Below, one piece after another: positions 27,461-44,110 of a stretch of DNA of 64,000 nucleotides. Every line of letters begins with the position of its first letter. Position 1 is the first letter of the stretch. This stretch comes from the human T2T-CHM13v2.0 reference genome, Homo sapiens. The translations under genes and the position numbers were made by a program. The notes beneath the pieces are model-generated. The model made no database searches. It was not told the origin of the DNA and worked only from the letters and a program-made list of their open reading frames with translations. Where the stretch lies: assembly GCF_009914755.1 (NCBI RefSeq), contig NC_060926.1. One strand, given 5' to 3'.

Positions 27461-29668
27461 TTAAAAATTAACAGACATTTTTGTGCTTAGGGCAGTTTTA
27501 AGTTTATAGAAAAATTGAACAGAAATGAGAGTTCCCATGCACTCCCTCACCCCCAAACAGTTTCGCCTATTATTAACACTTTGCATAAATGGTGAACCAC
27601 TATTGATACATTATTATTTTACATTAGAGTTCACTCTTTGTGTGCAATTCATGGGTTTTGAAAAATGCATAATGTCACGTTTCCACCATTATAGTATCAG
27701 GCAGAATAGTTTCATTGCTCTAAAATTCCTCTAAGCTCTACATATTCATCCCTACTCCCCATCCTTTAACCCCTGCAACCACTGATCTTTTTACTATCTC
27801 TGTAGTTCTACCTTTTCTAGAATGTTATACAGTTGAAATCATATAGTACATAGCCTTTTCAGACTGGCTTTTTTTCACTTGGTAATATTCATTTAAGATA
27901 CTTCCATGTCTTTCTGTGGGTTGGTAGCTTATTTCTTTTTAGCATTGGATAATATTTTTTGTATGAATGTACCACAGTTCATGTACCAATTCACCTACTG
28001 AAGGACATCTTGGTTTTGGCAATTATGAATTAAACTCTTAATAAGCATTAATGTGCAGGTTTTTGTGTGGACATAGTTTTCACCATATTTGGGTAAATAC
28101 CTAGGAATGTGGTTGCTGAATTATTTAGTATATGTTTAGCTTTGTAAGAAACTGTCAAGACTGTCTTCTAATGTGGCTGTATCATTTTGCATTCCCACCA
28201 ATAATGAATGAGAATTCCTGTTGTTCACATCCTTGCCAGCATTTGGCATTGTCAGTGTTTTGGATTTTATGCATTCTAATGGGCACGTAGTAGTATATTG
28301 TTTTAATTTGCAATTTCTAATGACAAATGGTTTGAGCATCTTTTCATATGTTTGTTTGCTATCTATGTATCGTATTTCATGAGGTGTCTATTAAGGAAGG
28401 TCTTTGGCCCATTTTGAAATTGGGTTGTTTGTTTTCTTATTGTTGAATTTTAAGAGTTCTTTATATATTTTGAATTCAATTCTTTATCAGATTATATCTT
28501 TTGCAAATATTTTCTCCTAGTCTATGGCTTGTCTTTTTATTTTCTTAACAATACTCCGGTTTCTCTTCAGATTGTATAAATATTTCATCTTCTATTCTCT
28601 TAACAGTGTGTTTCACAGAGTAGAAGTTAATTTTAATGAAATTCAACTTACCAGTTTTTTCCCTCATGGATGGTGCCTTTGGTGTCATACCTAAAAAGTC
28701 ATCACCAAGCCCAAAGTCATGTAGATTTTCTCCTGTTATCTTCTAAAAACTCTATATTTTTTGCTTTACATTTATAATCCATTTTCAGTTAATTTTTAGG
28801 AAGGGTATAAGGTCTGTGTCTAGATTTGTTTTTTTGCATGTGTATATCCAGTTGTTCCAGCACCATTTTTTGAAAAGACTGTCCTTTCTCCATCAGATTG
28901 CCTTTGCTTTTTCGTTAAAAATCAATTGACTGTACTTATGCAGGTCTATTTCTGTGCTCTCCATTCTGTTCCATTGATCTACTTGTCCATTCTTTCAACA
29001 ATAACCCACTGTCTTGATTACTGCAGCTGTATAGTAAGTCTTGAAGTTGGGTAGTGTCAGTTTTTCAACTTTGTTCTTTTTTGTTGTGTTGGTTATTCTG
29101 GGTTTTTTGCCTTTCCATATAAACTTTAGAATCAGTTTGTCAATTAATCCACAAAGTAACTTGCTGGAATTTTAACTGAGATTGTGTTGAATTTATAGAT
29201 AACATCAGAGAAATTGACATCTTAAGACTATTTAGTCTTCCTATCCATGAATGTGGTATTTCTCTCCATTTATTTAGTAGTTCTTTAGCTTCTTTCATCA
29301 GAGTATTATAGCTTGTCTTATATAGATCTAGTACATATTTATAGTTAATTTATTTTGGCACTAATGTAAATTGTGTTATATTTTTAATTTCAAATTCCAA
29401 TTGCTCCTTGCTGGTGTATAACAAAATGATTGACTTGTATATGTTAACCTCATATCCTGCAACTTTGCTATAATTACCTATGAGTTCCAGTTTTATTTGT
29501 TTTGTTTTGTCAATTTAGGTAGATTTTCTACATAGACAATTATGTTATTTGTAAACAAAGACAGTTTTACTTCTTCCTTCCCAATCTGTATACCTTTTAT
29601 TTCCTTTTATTGTCCTATTGCATTAGCTAGGACTTCAGGACAAAGTTGAATAAGAGTAGTGAGAGGGG
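27461..29668 (-). mobile_element. 5'-truncated old L1 (L1MC/MD-like) 3'UTR plus ORF2 end
   Basis: ORF 28136..28339 (-) has L1 ORF2 C-terminal similarity; perfect 14-bp TSD ctgaattcactttt at 27447-27460 and 29669-29682. Confidence 0.85.
28551..28594 (+). pseudogene. 3'-truncated (tailless) U5 snRNA retrocopy, nt 1 to ~44
   Basis: atactccggtttctcttcagattgtataaatatttcatcttcta vs recalled U5 5' end ATACTCTGGTTTCTCTTCAGATCG(C/T)ATAAATCTTTCGCCTTTTA (about 37-38/44); flanked by 14/17 direct repeat. Confidence 0.85.
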
Positions 29669-30084
29669 CTGAATTCACTTTTAAATATTTGGAAATTATT
29701 TTTCTACCTTACATAGATACTAAAATGTTGTCTTCTGTGTTTCTTCTTTTTCATTGTTAATAATTGTGAAAGAACATCAGTATAGAAGAGTGCATGAAAT
29801 ATGTATTGACAGCTTAAGAAATAATTATGAAATTAACACCTCTGAACCCATTGCCAGACCAAGAAATAGAACACCATCAACTACCCATAATTTCCCCCAT
29901 GTATCCCTTCCCAGTCATAAAAGGTTTCCTTAAAATTTAATTTGTTTAATATGTTGTGATAGTTATAGCCTTTGGTCTAAAGGTCACTGAATATATAGAA
30001 ATATCCAGATTTTAACCAACCTAATTCTAAACTTAATTATATATTTATCAGGTCTTGCTAAACTATCATTTGTTTCATTTTCAG

Positions 30085-30267
30085 CTGACTGAGGAAACCC
30101 AAGAATATATATTGAATCTTTTCCAACGTTATGTTGATGAAGGTTTACATTTTATCAATAAAAAGTGCAGCCAAGCAATTCCACAAGTGGACATCAGCAA
30201 AGTTACTACACTCTGTTGCTTATTGGAGTCCTTGATACTTGGGAAAGATGGAGTTAACTTGGCAATG
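30085..30267 (+). CDS. DNAH6: Exon G: LTEETQEYILNLFQRYVDEGLHF...GKDGVNLAM
   Basis: tttcag acceptor, ATG|gtatga donor, 183 nt phase 0-0; within ORF 30055..30273. Confidence 0.92.
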
Positions 30268-30818
30268 GTATGAAGAGTTTTCTTATTGCTATGAAGCTAG
30301 AAAAATTAGATTATTGTATAAGTTCTTTGCAAAGAAATGACTCCATTCTAAAATATAACCATTTGATTTTTAAGTTAATTTTTCAGGGGACTAATAGCTA
30401 TGATGTCATTCTTAGAATCTCAAAGCTACAAGTAATGTTAGCATGTATAGTTTATTCCTCTACTCAGTTTTGAATTCTCTTACAGTCTACAACATATTCC
30501 CAATACAAGATATTCTCAATCTGCTTACATACCCTCATGCAGGCATTTAAAAAGTTATAATAATCAGTTGAAAGACAAACTTGGACTTTTTTTCCCTACA
30601 TATTCCTTCTCATTCATTTTCTCATCAGTGGTTATAATGTATAACTATAAGAAAACACTACTCTGTGAACCATTGAGTGAAGTATAAGAAATATACACTG
30701 TGCCCATTTAAAAATGTGTGAGTCTAAATGAAAGAAAAATATCTTTACACTTTGCAGCTTAGGATTCTTTTTATGTTCATATATAAAATATTAAGTCTGT
30801 TTCTCTTTATTCTTTCAG

Positions 30819-30962
30819 GAACAAACAAAATTGAACACTATACTATGTCAGACTTTTGTATTCTGTTATTTGTGGTCTTTGGGTGGAAACCTAACTGAAA
30901 ACTACTATGATTCTTTTGATACATTTATTAGAACACAATTTGATGATAATCCTGATGCCAGG
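30819..30962 (+). CDS. DNAH6: Exon H: EQTKLNTILCQTFVFCYLWSLGGNLTENYYDSFDTFIRTQFDDNPDAR
   Basis: tttcag acceptor, AGG|gtaaga donor, 144 nt; dynein F-F-x-x-x-WSLGG motif. Confidence 0.93.
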
Positions 30963-31139
30963 GTAAGAACCAAATAAATTATATTTTAACATAATAATTC
31001 TGAATTATTTAAATTTTAAGATTAAAACTTTAAAAGCTTTAGTTCTATTGAAAATATAACTTATACACTAAACTGGTTCCTAAAATTATTCATGTTTTTC
31101 CAACCATAGACAACATTTATCATATTTTTTAAGTTAGGA

Positions 31140-32860
31140 GCCCTCTCCCAGTCATATTAAAAAAGTAAGATGTATAAGTATATAAAAACTCTCTACTGTA
31201 AACAAATATTGAATTCTAGTTAGTAAATTTATTTTTCACAGTGTGAAAGTAACAGTGTGATTGGTTAGCTATCCTGAATTGCTGGAATGTACTTGCTATA
31301 TATTCTAAGATTGACTAAATAAGTAAATATGTTGAGAATAATGGCAATGAATTTCTCACTGTTAGAGAAGGGATTTACAAATATGTATGGAAGGAGAAAA
31401 ATTAGAATGCACTCTGTTTTATTGGATTGGTATTGCAGGTCTCAGTACTCATTGATATTCAAAATGTTAACATACATGTAAATGTATGAAAATTGCCTGG
31501 GCACATGGCTTACACCTGTAATCCCAGCATTTTGGGAGGCTAGGCAAGAGGGTCACTTGAGGCCAGGAGTTTGAGACCAGCCTGTGCAATATAGCAAGAC
31601 TCTGTCTCTACAAAAAATTTTTTTAGTATCCAAGCTCAATATTGCACACCTGTAGTTCTAGCTACGTAGGAGGCTGAGGCAAGAGGATTTCTTGAGCCCA
31701 GGAATTTGAGGCTGCACTGAGCTATGATCTTACCACTGCACTCTGGCCTGGGCAACAGAGCAAGACTGTGTCTTTAAATAAATAAGTAAATGTATGAAAA
31801 TTGATGTGTGTATACATACATGTAAATTTTCCAGTCCATGTGCTGAAAAGAACTAGACACAAAGACACCTTGATAGCAGCAATGAGCATATCTAGTATAC
31901 TTATTTTTAAATACTATTGTCATCCTCCACTAAAGAAAATGAGAAATTCTTAGTAAAATAGTTGATTTCAAGACTGGATCAGGGAAAATACAAAACAACT
32001 ATTTTATGTTGCATAGTAAAAAAGTGCTCAAAGAATGATGTGACATGTCAAAAGAACACAGAAGGCAGTTTGAAGAGACTTCCACTGGTCAAAAATGGAT
32101 AGATTTAAGCATCAAAATCAATAATCATAGTATAGGATCATAACCCTTTTAGTAAAATAAAAATCTGTAAGTCCATACTCATAATAAAAATATGCATGAC
32201 TATGTAAATAAGTAGAGAAGAAAGAAAAACTCTTTCTTATGGCTAATACCAACTAACCTATGCAGAAGGAATAATGGATAAAGTTAGAAAGTCATCACCT
32301 TGCAACCATTATTGTAATAATTGATTTAGGCAGGAATCATCAATGAATACTAAAATTAGTGGGTAGAGGTTTCATGATAAGCAGTATTTACATAGTTTCT
32401 AAGTATTTACTTAAAAAAAAAAACTTGCAAACAGCACCTTAGCTACATGATCAATTTAATTTAACTAGCATCAAGGCAAACCTGTGCCTGCTTCCTGATA
32501 TGGGGCACTGTGAAAGATATAATCTTGCTTCTGTGATATTTATTTCAAAAATGTATAACTCGATTCTAATCATGAGGTTACACCTGGAAAACCCAAACCA
32601 ATGAATATTTTATAAAATAAACTGGACTATATTCTTCAAATATATCTATGTCATAAGAGACAAAGTTGAGAGACTTCTCTGAATAAAACAAGACTAAAGA
32701 GAGATAATTAAATGCAATGTATGATCCTGGAATGGATCTTAGACTTGGAAAAATATAGCTATAAATTATATTATTGGAAAAAATGGCAATATTTGAATAT
32801 AGAATGTAAATTAAATAATAATATGTCAGTATTCAATAAATTTTATCACCTAAGTATTTT
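31140..32860 (+). mobile_element. Old L1M 3'UTR (L1MC/ME-like), interrupted by Alu
   Basis: aatgcaatgtatgatcctggaatggatcttagac signature of L1M 3' ends; approximate. Confidence 0.6.
31496..31785 (+). mobile_element. AluJ
   Basis: Both arms; TSD gtaaatgtatgaaaattg at 31478-31495 and 31786-31803. Confidence 0.93.
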
Positions 32861-33079
32861 TTTAATATGTCCTTTTGTCTTCATCCTTGCTGCCTTTGGA
32901 TAACCCAGGTTCTTATCATTTCTTTCATGGGCTATTAAAATAGCCTATTTATTGTTCCTTTTGCTAGAGTCATATCTAATTCACCCTCTCTACTAGTAAT
33001 CTTAAAATTAAAGGTCACAGTCTATTAACTGGTCATGAAATCAAGTGAAAGGGTCACAACCCAGTTTTTAAAAAGGAAA

Positions 33080-33914
33080 TATCCTCTATTACAACTTTTA
33101 GTAAACACTATATTGGAGAGTCTAGCCAGTGCAATAAGGCAAGAAAAAGAAATAAGACATACAAACTTTGGAAAGGAAGAAGTAAAATAGTCATTATTTG
33201 CAGAAAAAAATGACTGAATATGTAGAAATACCTAAAAAATCTACAAACAAATGATTACAATTAATAAGTACATTAGTAAGGCCCTTGGATATAAGGTCCA
33301 CAAAGAGTTAACAAATGAAAATTTGAAAGAATACCATTTATATAAGCAACAAAATACCAACTACTTAGGAATAAAAGTAATGAATGATGTGAAAGGCCTC
33401 TACTGAAAATTACAAAACATTGTTGAGAGAAATTTTAAAACATCTGTATAAATGGAGAGATATACTATGTTCATGGATTGAGATACTATTATTAAGTTAT
33501 CAGTTCTTTCCAAAATATTTTGAAGATTTTAGGCAACTTCAATCCCAAAATCCCAACAGATTTTTTCCATGAAATCTGACAATCTCATTCTAAAATTTAT
33601 ATAAAAATGTAAAAGATCTATAACTGAGATAATCTTGAAGGAACACACATTTGGAGGACTTAACTACATGACTTGAATAATTCAAGACAATAAAACAGCA
33701 GCAATTCAGAGTGTGGCATTGGTGAAAGGATATCAAATAGACAAACTAGTATTGACAAAGAAGTGGAAGAAAGAACCCTTCTGAGGTGCTGTACATGTTC
33801 TATATTTTAATCTAGGGTGGTTATATTGATATTTACATATATGAAACTCTCTAAAATGGACTCTTAAAATTTGACAAAAAAGGTTATGTTATACCTTGAG
33901 GTTTAAAAAAAAAA
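33080..33914 (+). mobile_element. Old L1M ORF2/3' fragment
   Basis: ctagccagtgcaataaggcaagaaaaagaaata...ggaaaggaagaagtaaaatagtcattatttgcaga (RT region remnant). Confidence 0.75.
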
Positions 33915-34922
33915 TAGAACAGAAAGTAGAGTGAATTGAGGAGGTTCCAAGATGGCCAAATAGGAACAGCTCCAGTCTACAGCTCCCAGCATGAGCAATG
34001 CAGAAGATGGTTGATTTCTGCATTTCCAACTGAGGTACCAGGTTCATCTCACTGGGGCTTGTCGGACAGTGGCTGCACCCCATGGAGCAGGGTGGGGCAT
34101 CACCTCACCCAGGAAGCACAAGGGGTTGGGTAATTCCCTTTCCTAGCCAAGGGAAGCCGTGACAGGCAGTACCTGGAAAATCGGGACACTCCCACCCTAA
34201 TACTGTGCTTTTCCAACGGTCTTAGAAAACGGCACACCAGGAGATTATATCCTGCACATGGCTCAGAGGGTCCCACGCCCACAGATCCTCACTCACTGCT
34301 AGCACAGCAGTCTGAGATCGAACTGCAAGGCAGCAGCAAGGCTGGGGGAGGGGCGCCCGCTATTGCTGAGGCTTGAGTAGGTAAACAAAGTGGCCAGAAA
34401 GCTCAAACTGGGTGGAGCCCACCACAGCTCAAGGAGGCCTACCTGCCTCTGTAGACTCCACCTCTGGGGGCAGGGCATAGCTGAACAAAAGGCAGCAGAA
34501 ACTTCTGCAGACTTAAACGTCCCTGTCTGACAGCTTTGAAGAGAGTAGTGGTTCTCCCAGCATGGAGTTTTGAGATCTGACAGCAGACAGACTGCTTCCT
34601 TAAGTGGGTCCTTGAACCCTGAATAGCCTAACTGGGAGATATCTCCCAGTAGGGGCCGACTGACAGCTCATACAGCTGGGTGCCCCTCTGAGACAAAGCT
34701 TCCAGAGGAAGGATCAGGCAGCAATATTTGCTGTTCTTCAGCCTCTGCTGGTGATACCCAGGCAAACAGGGTCTGGAGTGGACCTCCAGCAAATTCCAAC
34801 AGACCTTCGGCTGAGGGTCCTGACTGTTAGAAGGAAAACTAACAAACAGAAAGGACATCCACACCAAAACCCCATCTGTACGACACCATCATCAAAGACC
34901 AAAGGTAGATAAAACCACAAAG

Positions 34923-35951
34923 ATGGGGAGAAACCAGAGCAGAAAAGCTGAAAATTCTAAAAATCAGAGCACCTCTTCTCCTCCAAAGGAACACAGCTCC
35001 TCGCCAGCAATGGAAGAAATCTGGATGGAGAATGACTTTGACGAGTTGAGAGAAGAAGGCCTCAGACGATCAGTAATAACAAACTCCTCCGAGCTAAAGG
35101 AGGATGTTCAAACCCATCACAAAGAATCTAAAAACCTTGACAAAAAAGATTAGACAAATGACTGACTAGAATAAACAGCATGAAGAAGACCTTAAATGAC
35201 CTGATGGAGCTGAAAACCATGGCACGAGAACTACGTGACACATGCACAAGCTTCAGCAGCCGATTCTATCAATTGGAAGAAAGGGTATCAGAGATTGAAG
35301 ATCAAATGAATGAAATGAAGTGAGAAGAGAAGTTTAGAGAAAAAAGAGTAAAAAGAAATGAACAAAGCCTCCAAGATATATGGGACTGTGTGAAAAGACC
35401 AAATCTACGTCTGATTGGTGTACCTGAAAGTGACGGGGAGAATGGAACCAAGTTGGAAAACACTCTGCAGGATATTATCCAGGAGAACTTCCCCAACCTA
35501 GCAAGACAGGCCAACATTCAGATTCAGGAAATACAGAGAACGCCACAAAGATACTCCTTGTGAAGAGCAACTCCAAGACACACAATTGTCAGATTCACCA
35601 AAGTTAAAATAAAGGAAAAAATATTAAGGGCAGCTAGAGAGAAAGGTCGGGTTACCCACAAAGGGAAGCCCATCAGACTAACAGCTGATCTCTCATCAGA
35701 AACTCTAAAAGCCAAAAGAGAGTGGTGGCCAATATTCAACATTCTTAAAGAAAAGAATTTTCAACCCAGAATTTCATATCCAGCCAAACTGAGCTTCATA
35801 AGTGAAAGAGAAATAAAAATCCTTTACAGACAAGCAAATACTGAGAGATTTTGTCACCACCAGGCCAGCCTTGCAAGAGCTCCTGAAGGAAGCACTAAAC
35901 ATGGAAAGGAATAACCGGTACCAGCCACTGCAAAAACATGCCAAATAGTAA
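34923..35951 (+). pseudogene. L1 ORF1p, disrupted
   Basis: MGRNQSRKAENSKNQSTSSPPKE start; frameshift/stop at 35153 and further stops. Confidence 0.9.
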
Positions 35952-36014
35952 ACATCATCGAGGCTAGGAAGAAACTGCATCAACTAACGAGCAAAATAAC
36001 CAGCTAACATCATA

Positions 36015-39829
<3,815 letters not shown>

Positions 39830-40601
39830 ACAATGAGAACACTTGGACACAGGGTGGGGAACATCACACACCACGGCCTGTCGTGGGGCGGGGGGAGGTG
39901 GGAGGGATAGCATTAGGAGAAATACCTAATGTAAGTGATGAGTTAACAGGTGCAGGGCACCAACATGGCACATGTATACATACGTAATAAACTTGCACGT
40001 TGTGCACATGTACCCTAGAACTTAAAGTATAATAATAAAAAAAAACTTTGATTCTGGATAACAATAAAAAAAGAAAGTAGAGTGAATTGCACATAGTAGA
40101 GGTAAATATTTTACATGTTTGTAGATACACATATGTATGTATTTACAGAGTCACAATGAAAAATGAATTTCTTACTAAAAGTCACTGTCAAATGACCTTG
40201 GAGCAATATTGCTCTGTACAGCTGCCAGGATGAAACTTCTGAAATGCAGTCTGATTATGTTACCTACCTGCTTAGAATCCCTCACTGGACTGTTGCTCTA
40301 AGATTTTTAATAAGTAAAGCTTTTGATAATTTGATCCATCTGTATTTCCAGCCTCATCTCACTGTATGCAGCGCTCTCATGCTTCCCAGCATACACCATA
40401 TTTTCCATGGCATCAGACTTCTAATCCTGTTTTTTCAGTCTGAATCCTGAACCCCTTCTTTCCCACCCCATGCCATCCCTTTTTTGCCCATCTGACTCCA
40501 GCGTGTTCTTCAAGTCTGAGTTTTAGCATTACCACCCATGGAAGCCTTCCTGAATCTCTAGCCATCACCATAACTCCCCTGCAAGTAGAAATGAGCCATC
40601 C

Positions 40602-40604
<3 letters not shown>

Positions 40605-40644
<40 letters not shown>
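40605..40644. repeat. (TG)20 microsatellite
   Basis: Uninterrupted TG run. Confidence 0.95.
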
Positions 40645-40645
<1 letters not shown>

Positions 40646-41072
40646 TTGTAATAAACTCCTTTAGAGCCCTTATTTCCCCATGGGTATTAACTGAAGTGCT
40701 TATGTCCCTCAGGGGGATTACCAGGTCATTGAAGACAGAGGCTGGGTCTCATTCAGCACTTGTCCTCAGCATCACAGACAGTATTTGGCATGGCGTAAGC
40801 CCTGTGAATGTTAAATTTAATTAAAAAGCTATACAATTCTGACATGGGTTTTAATATAATCGGTATAACAGATATTTCCATGCATTGTGTTGCATGATTT
40901 TGTTTAAATAACTAGTCTCAGATACCTAAATAACTATGTATCTACAAAGGAAAAAGAAATCCAAATCCAGTTAGGTTTTTTGACTGCCTTTTTTTCTATG
41001 TGAGTGTATCTACTACTGTGTGTCAATATTGCTTATTCCCTATTGAAAGTGGTGTTTAATTTTGTACTTTAG

Positions 41073-41294
41073 CTTCCCAATTCTGGTGATCTGTGGAGCA
41101 TTCATATGGACTTTGACACCAAACGGCTGGATCCCTGGGAACGAATCATACCTACTTTCAAATACAACCGAGATGTTCCATTTTTTGAAATGCTTGTCCC
41201 CACAACTGACACAGTGCGCTATGGGTATCTAATGGAAAAACTACTGGCAGTCAAGCATTCCGTGTTGTTTACTGGAATAACTGGAGTGGGCAAG
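41073..41294 (+). CDS. DNAH6: Exon I: LPNSGDLWSIHMDFDTKRLDPWE...LVPTTDTVRY...VLFTGITGVGK (AAA3 Walker A, first part)
   Basis: ctttag acceptor, AAG|gtagga donor, 222 nt; overlaps ORF 41106..41336. Confidence 0.95.
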
Positions 41295-42111
41295 GTAGGA
41301 AACTTACATCAAACAAGAAGTCCTCTCCAAATGTGAGGGCATGATGGACTTAGAATCGTTAGCACCAGAAGTAATATTATTTCTGAGAGGAATTTTGTTT
41401 AGCGTTTAGCACTTTTGCAGGAAGAATATTATGCTGAATCTATATTGATCCTGGGAATTGTTCCAAAGTTTGCCAGTTTCTGAACACATTCTTGGAGTTG
41501 ATACTATATGAATTAGAGGGCCAGCGTTTGTGTTTAGGGGCTTTTATGCTTTATCCCTTGGTATTTTGGGGGCTGCCACTGCACTGGTTGGATAAGAATT
41601 GGGCAGAGGAGTTTGCATGCCCAAAAGACAGTTGATAGAGATCAGCTCATCCCCTCTGGCCTGTTCACTTATACCTGATACAGCAATGGTATCCTTGACT
41701 ATTTGGGGTTTTTTGTTAAAGTAGAATGGAGGGAGGAATATTGATGATTTGGGCTTCTTGGTTTTGGAGAATCCACGTAAACAGGACTTCACCGTTTCCC
41801 CAAAAAAATATTCTAAAAGAAATTTGGATCTTTCTATGACTCTTTCCATATATTGGCTTGAAGAGTAGCCAAGACGGATTTTGGCATGAAACTAAATTAA
41901 AACTTTTTGCTAAGATAGTGCTGATTAGAATATCTCTTTGGTTCTGAAAAATATAACTAAATGGAATCTCCAGTAAGAGAAAGCAGACATTTCAATCTGG
42001 CTTTAACCTCTCTCTTTTTAACCTGTTTCTTACTCATTGTGCCAAACTATTACAGATATAACTGAAAGAGGTTATATTCATGTGACATTAATTAACTTAT
42101 TTTAATTTAAG

Positions 42112-42259
42112 TCTGTGATTGCAAAAGGATTGCTAAATAAAATTCAAGAATCAGCTGGCTATGTCCCTGTTTATCTGAATTTTTCTGCTCAAACTTCATC
42201 TGCAAGGACACAAGAGATCATTGAGTCAAAACTGGAGAGAAAAAGAAAAAATATTCTAG
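42112..42259 (+). CDS. DNAH6: Exon J: SVIAKGLLNKIQESAGYVPVYLNFSAQTSSARTQEIIESKLERKRKNIL
   Basis: Uncommon AAG acceptor, TAG|gtaaga donor, 148 nt phase 0-1; dynein NFSAQT motif; supplies the Ser completing GKS. Confidence 0.93.
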
Positions 42260-44110
42260 GTAAGAATCATTATTTTAGTTTGTCCCACACAAATTATTCA
42301 TTAAGCTAATAAATGACATAAATAGTGCATGTAATAAAATGACAGTTGGATATTTTATTTGCTTAATTTACTTGTAAAGGTGATTCTGTTCATGGCATTT
42401 TTATGCTAGCTATGTAGATGTCTTAGTGTTGCCAAGCAAGTCATTTATTTCTGTCATCACCTTCAACTCAGAACATCTTCAATCTCTGCCTCTCCATGGC
42501 TCTCCCTCTCTCCACCCAGGTTCTTCCAACATGCACTGATTTCCCCTTATTTAAAATAAACAAACCTCTGTATATTTGGCACATTGGGTTATCTGAATTC
42601 AGTGAGGAATAAGTATGAGACTGTTTTGGTTTTTTCTTCAGTCAGTACTTTCAGCCAGGTTTTGTGGAAGCTTCCCCACCCTCCCTTATTAACTGCTTAG
42701 ATAACTAGCATAACTTTCTGGTCACCTTCAGACATTTGGAGTCTGGGCCAGTCTAAGCCTCAATCCAATACCCAATTCAAAGTTCCTCCTCTCATCTGTC
42801 CTAAGCCAGGTTTGTGGCTCCAGGTACGTATGGGAGGTGAAGGGGTCATGGGATGCTCTTCACTCCTCCCCACCCTCCCTGTAGGAGGCTGGAGTATGCA
42901 GGGAATGGGAGGAGAAGAAGGAAAGGACAAGTTTCTTCTCCCTAGCCAGTGTTCAGATGGGCCTCTCTGTGGCTGGTCCCTGCTTCTCTAGCTGGCACTG
43001 AGTGGTGTCTATGCTGTCTGTGAGGCAGGTTTTCAGGAGTGGGCTCTTGTAAGCAACTCCCAAAAGAGCTGTTTGCAAGCCAGGCATTGACCTTATCACT
43101 GGAAGTTTCCCTGAGGGTGGGAGTCAGGACCTCAGCCCTCACTCTCCAGCAGTCCATCTGCACCCTCTTGCAGCTGGGGCCCCACTTGCTCAGTCCACAG
43201 TCTCTGGGGTGGTGCACCAGCCAGGGCTCAGGCTTGGCTGCCTCCCACATTGCCCACCATCCAGCAGGCCCTGTCATGCCAAACAATGGTGCTGCCAGCT
43301 GCTTCACTGCCTTCTGTCTCTGTCCCCTCTCTCCTGCTTAGGTAGGCAAAGGGCAACAGATGCCAGTCTATTTTCTGGTGGGGGCCCCAAATTCTTACAA
43401 AGGTTTATCTTAGACCCCTTCCTTACCCCCCACCCCTTCCTGCTGCTTGGCTTCCAGGGGGCCACAGGATGGAGTGGAGCACTCAGTTTGCCTTGGAATC
43501 ACCTCCTGTAGTAATCCCAACCACAGGGACATGGCTATTTGCCCATCGGGTTTCTCTTTCCTCTGCTATCACTCATTCCTTTTTCTAATGAGTGTGTATA
43601 TTCATTTAAATGTGGCATTGTGCAGCCCCACTGCACTGGATTTCCCTTTGATGTGATCAGGATGCTTTTGAATATCTAATCTGGTTTCCCTGTGAGGGTA
43701 CTGTGATGACATTTATGAAAGGAAACTTTGGCATTCTTCCTCTTCCTACTATGGAAAGAAAATGATGTTCCTCATTCATGCCTAAGCCACATGGTTGCTG
43801 AGGTCAGTGAGTGTGGCTGAGACAGAGAAAGGTTCACTCCTTGCTGGAGAGAGGCCACCATCTTGTGCCCTGACAGTGAGGATAAGGGGCCACCTGGCAT
43901 GACAACGTGGACGTCTTGACCAGGACCACATCTTCCTGCAGGGGCCTGGGTGGGGCCAGAAGGAAGTCTCTCCTCCTCCAGGCAGGACTCAGAACTGAGC
44001 TCTTTATGACCTGTAGGATATCATTGAGTCCAAAGTCATACCCTAGCTTTGTCTTACATTTTCTAAGGGAAAATCATAATTCTTAAATTAAATTCATTTT
44101 ATTTCCCTAG

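Noticed and set aside
42942-43656. Cluster of overlapping ~100-aa ORFs in a GC-richer stretch
   Set aside because: No homology or coherent splice structure; stop-codon scarcity follows from GC content, probably an old LTR-like repeat I cannot name
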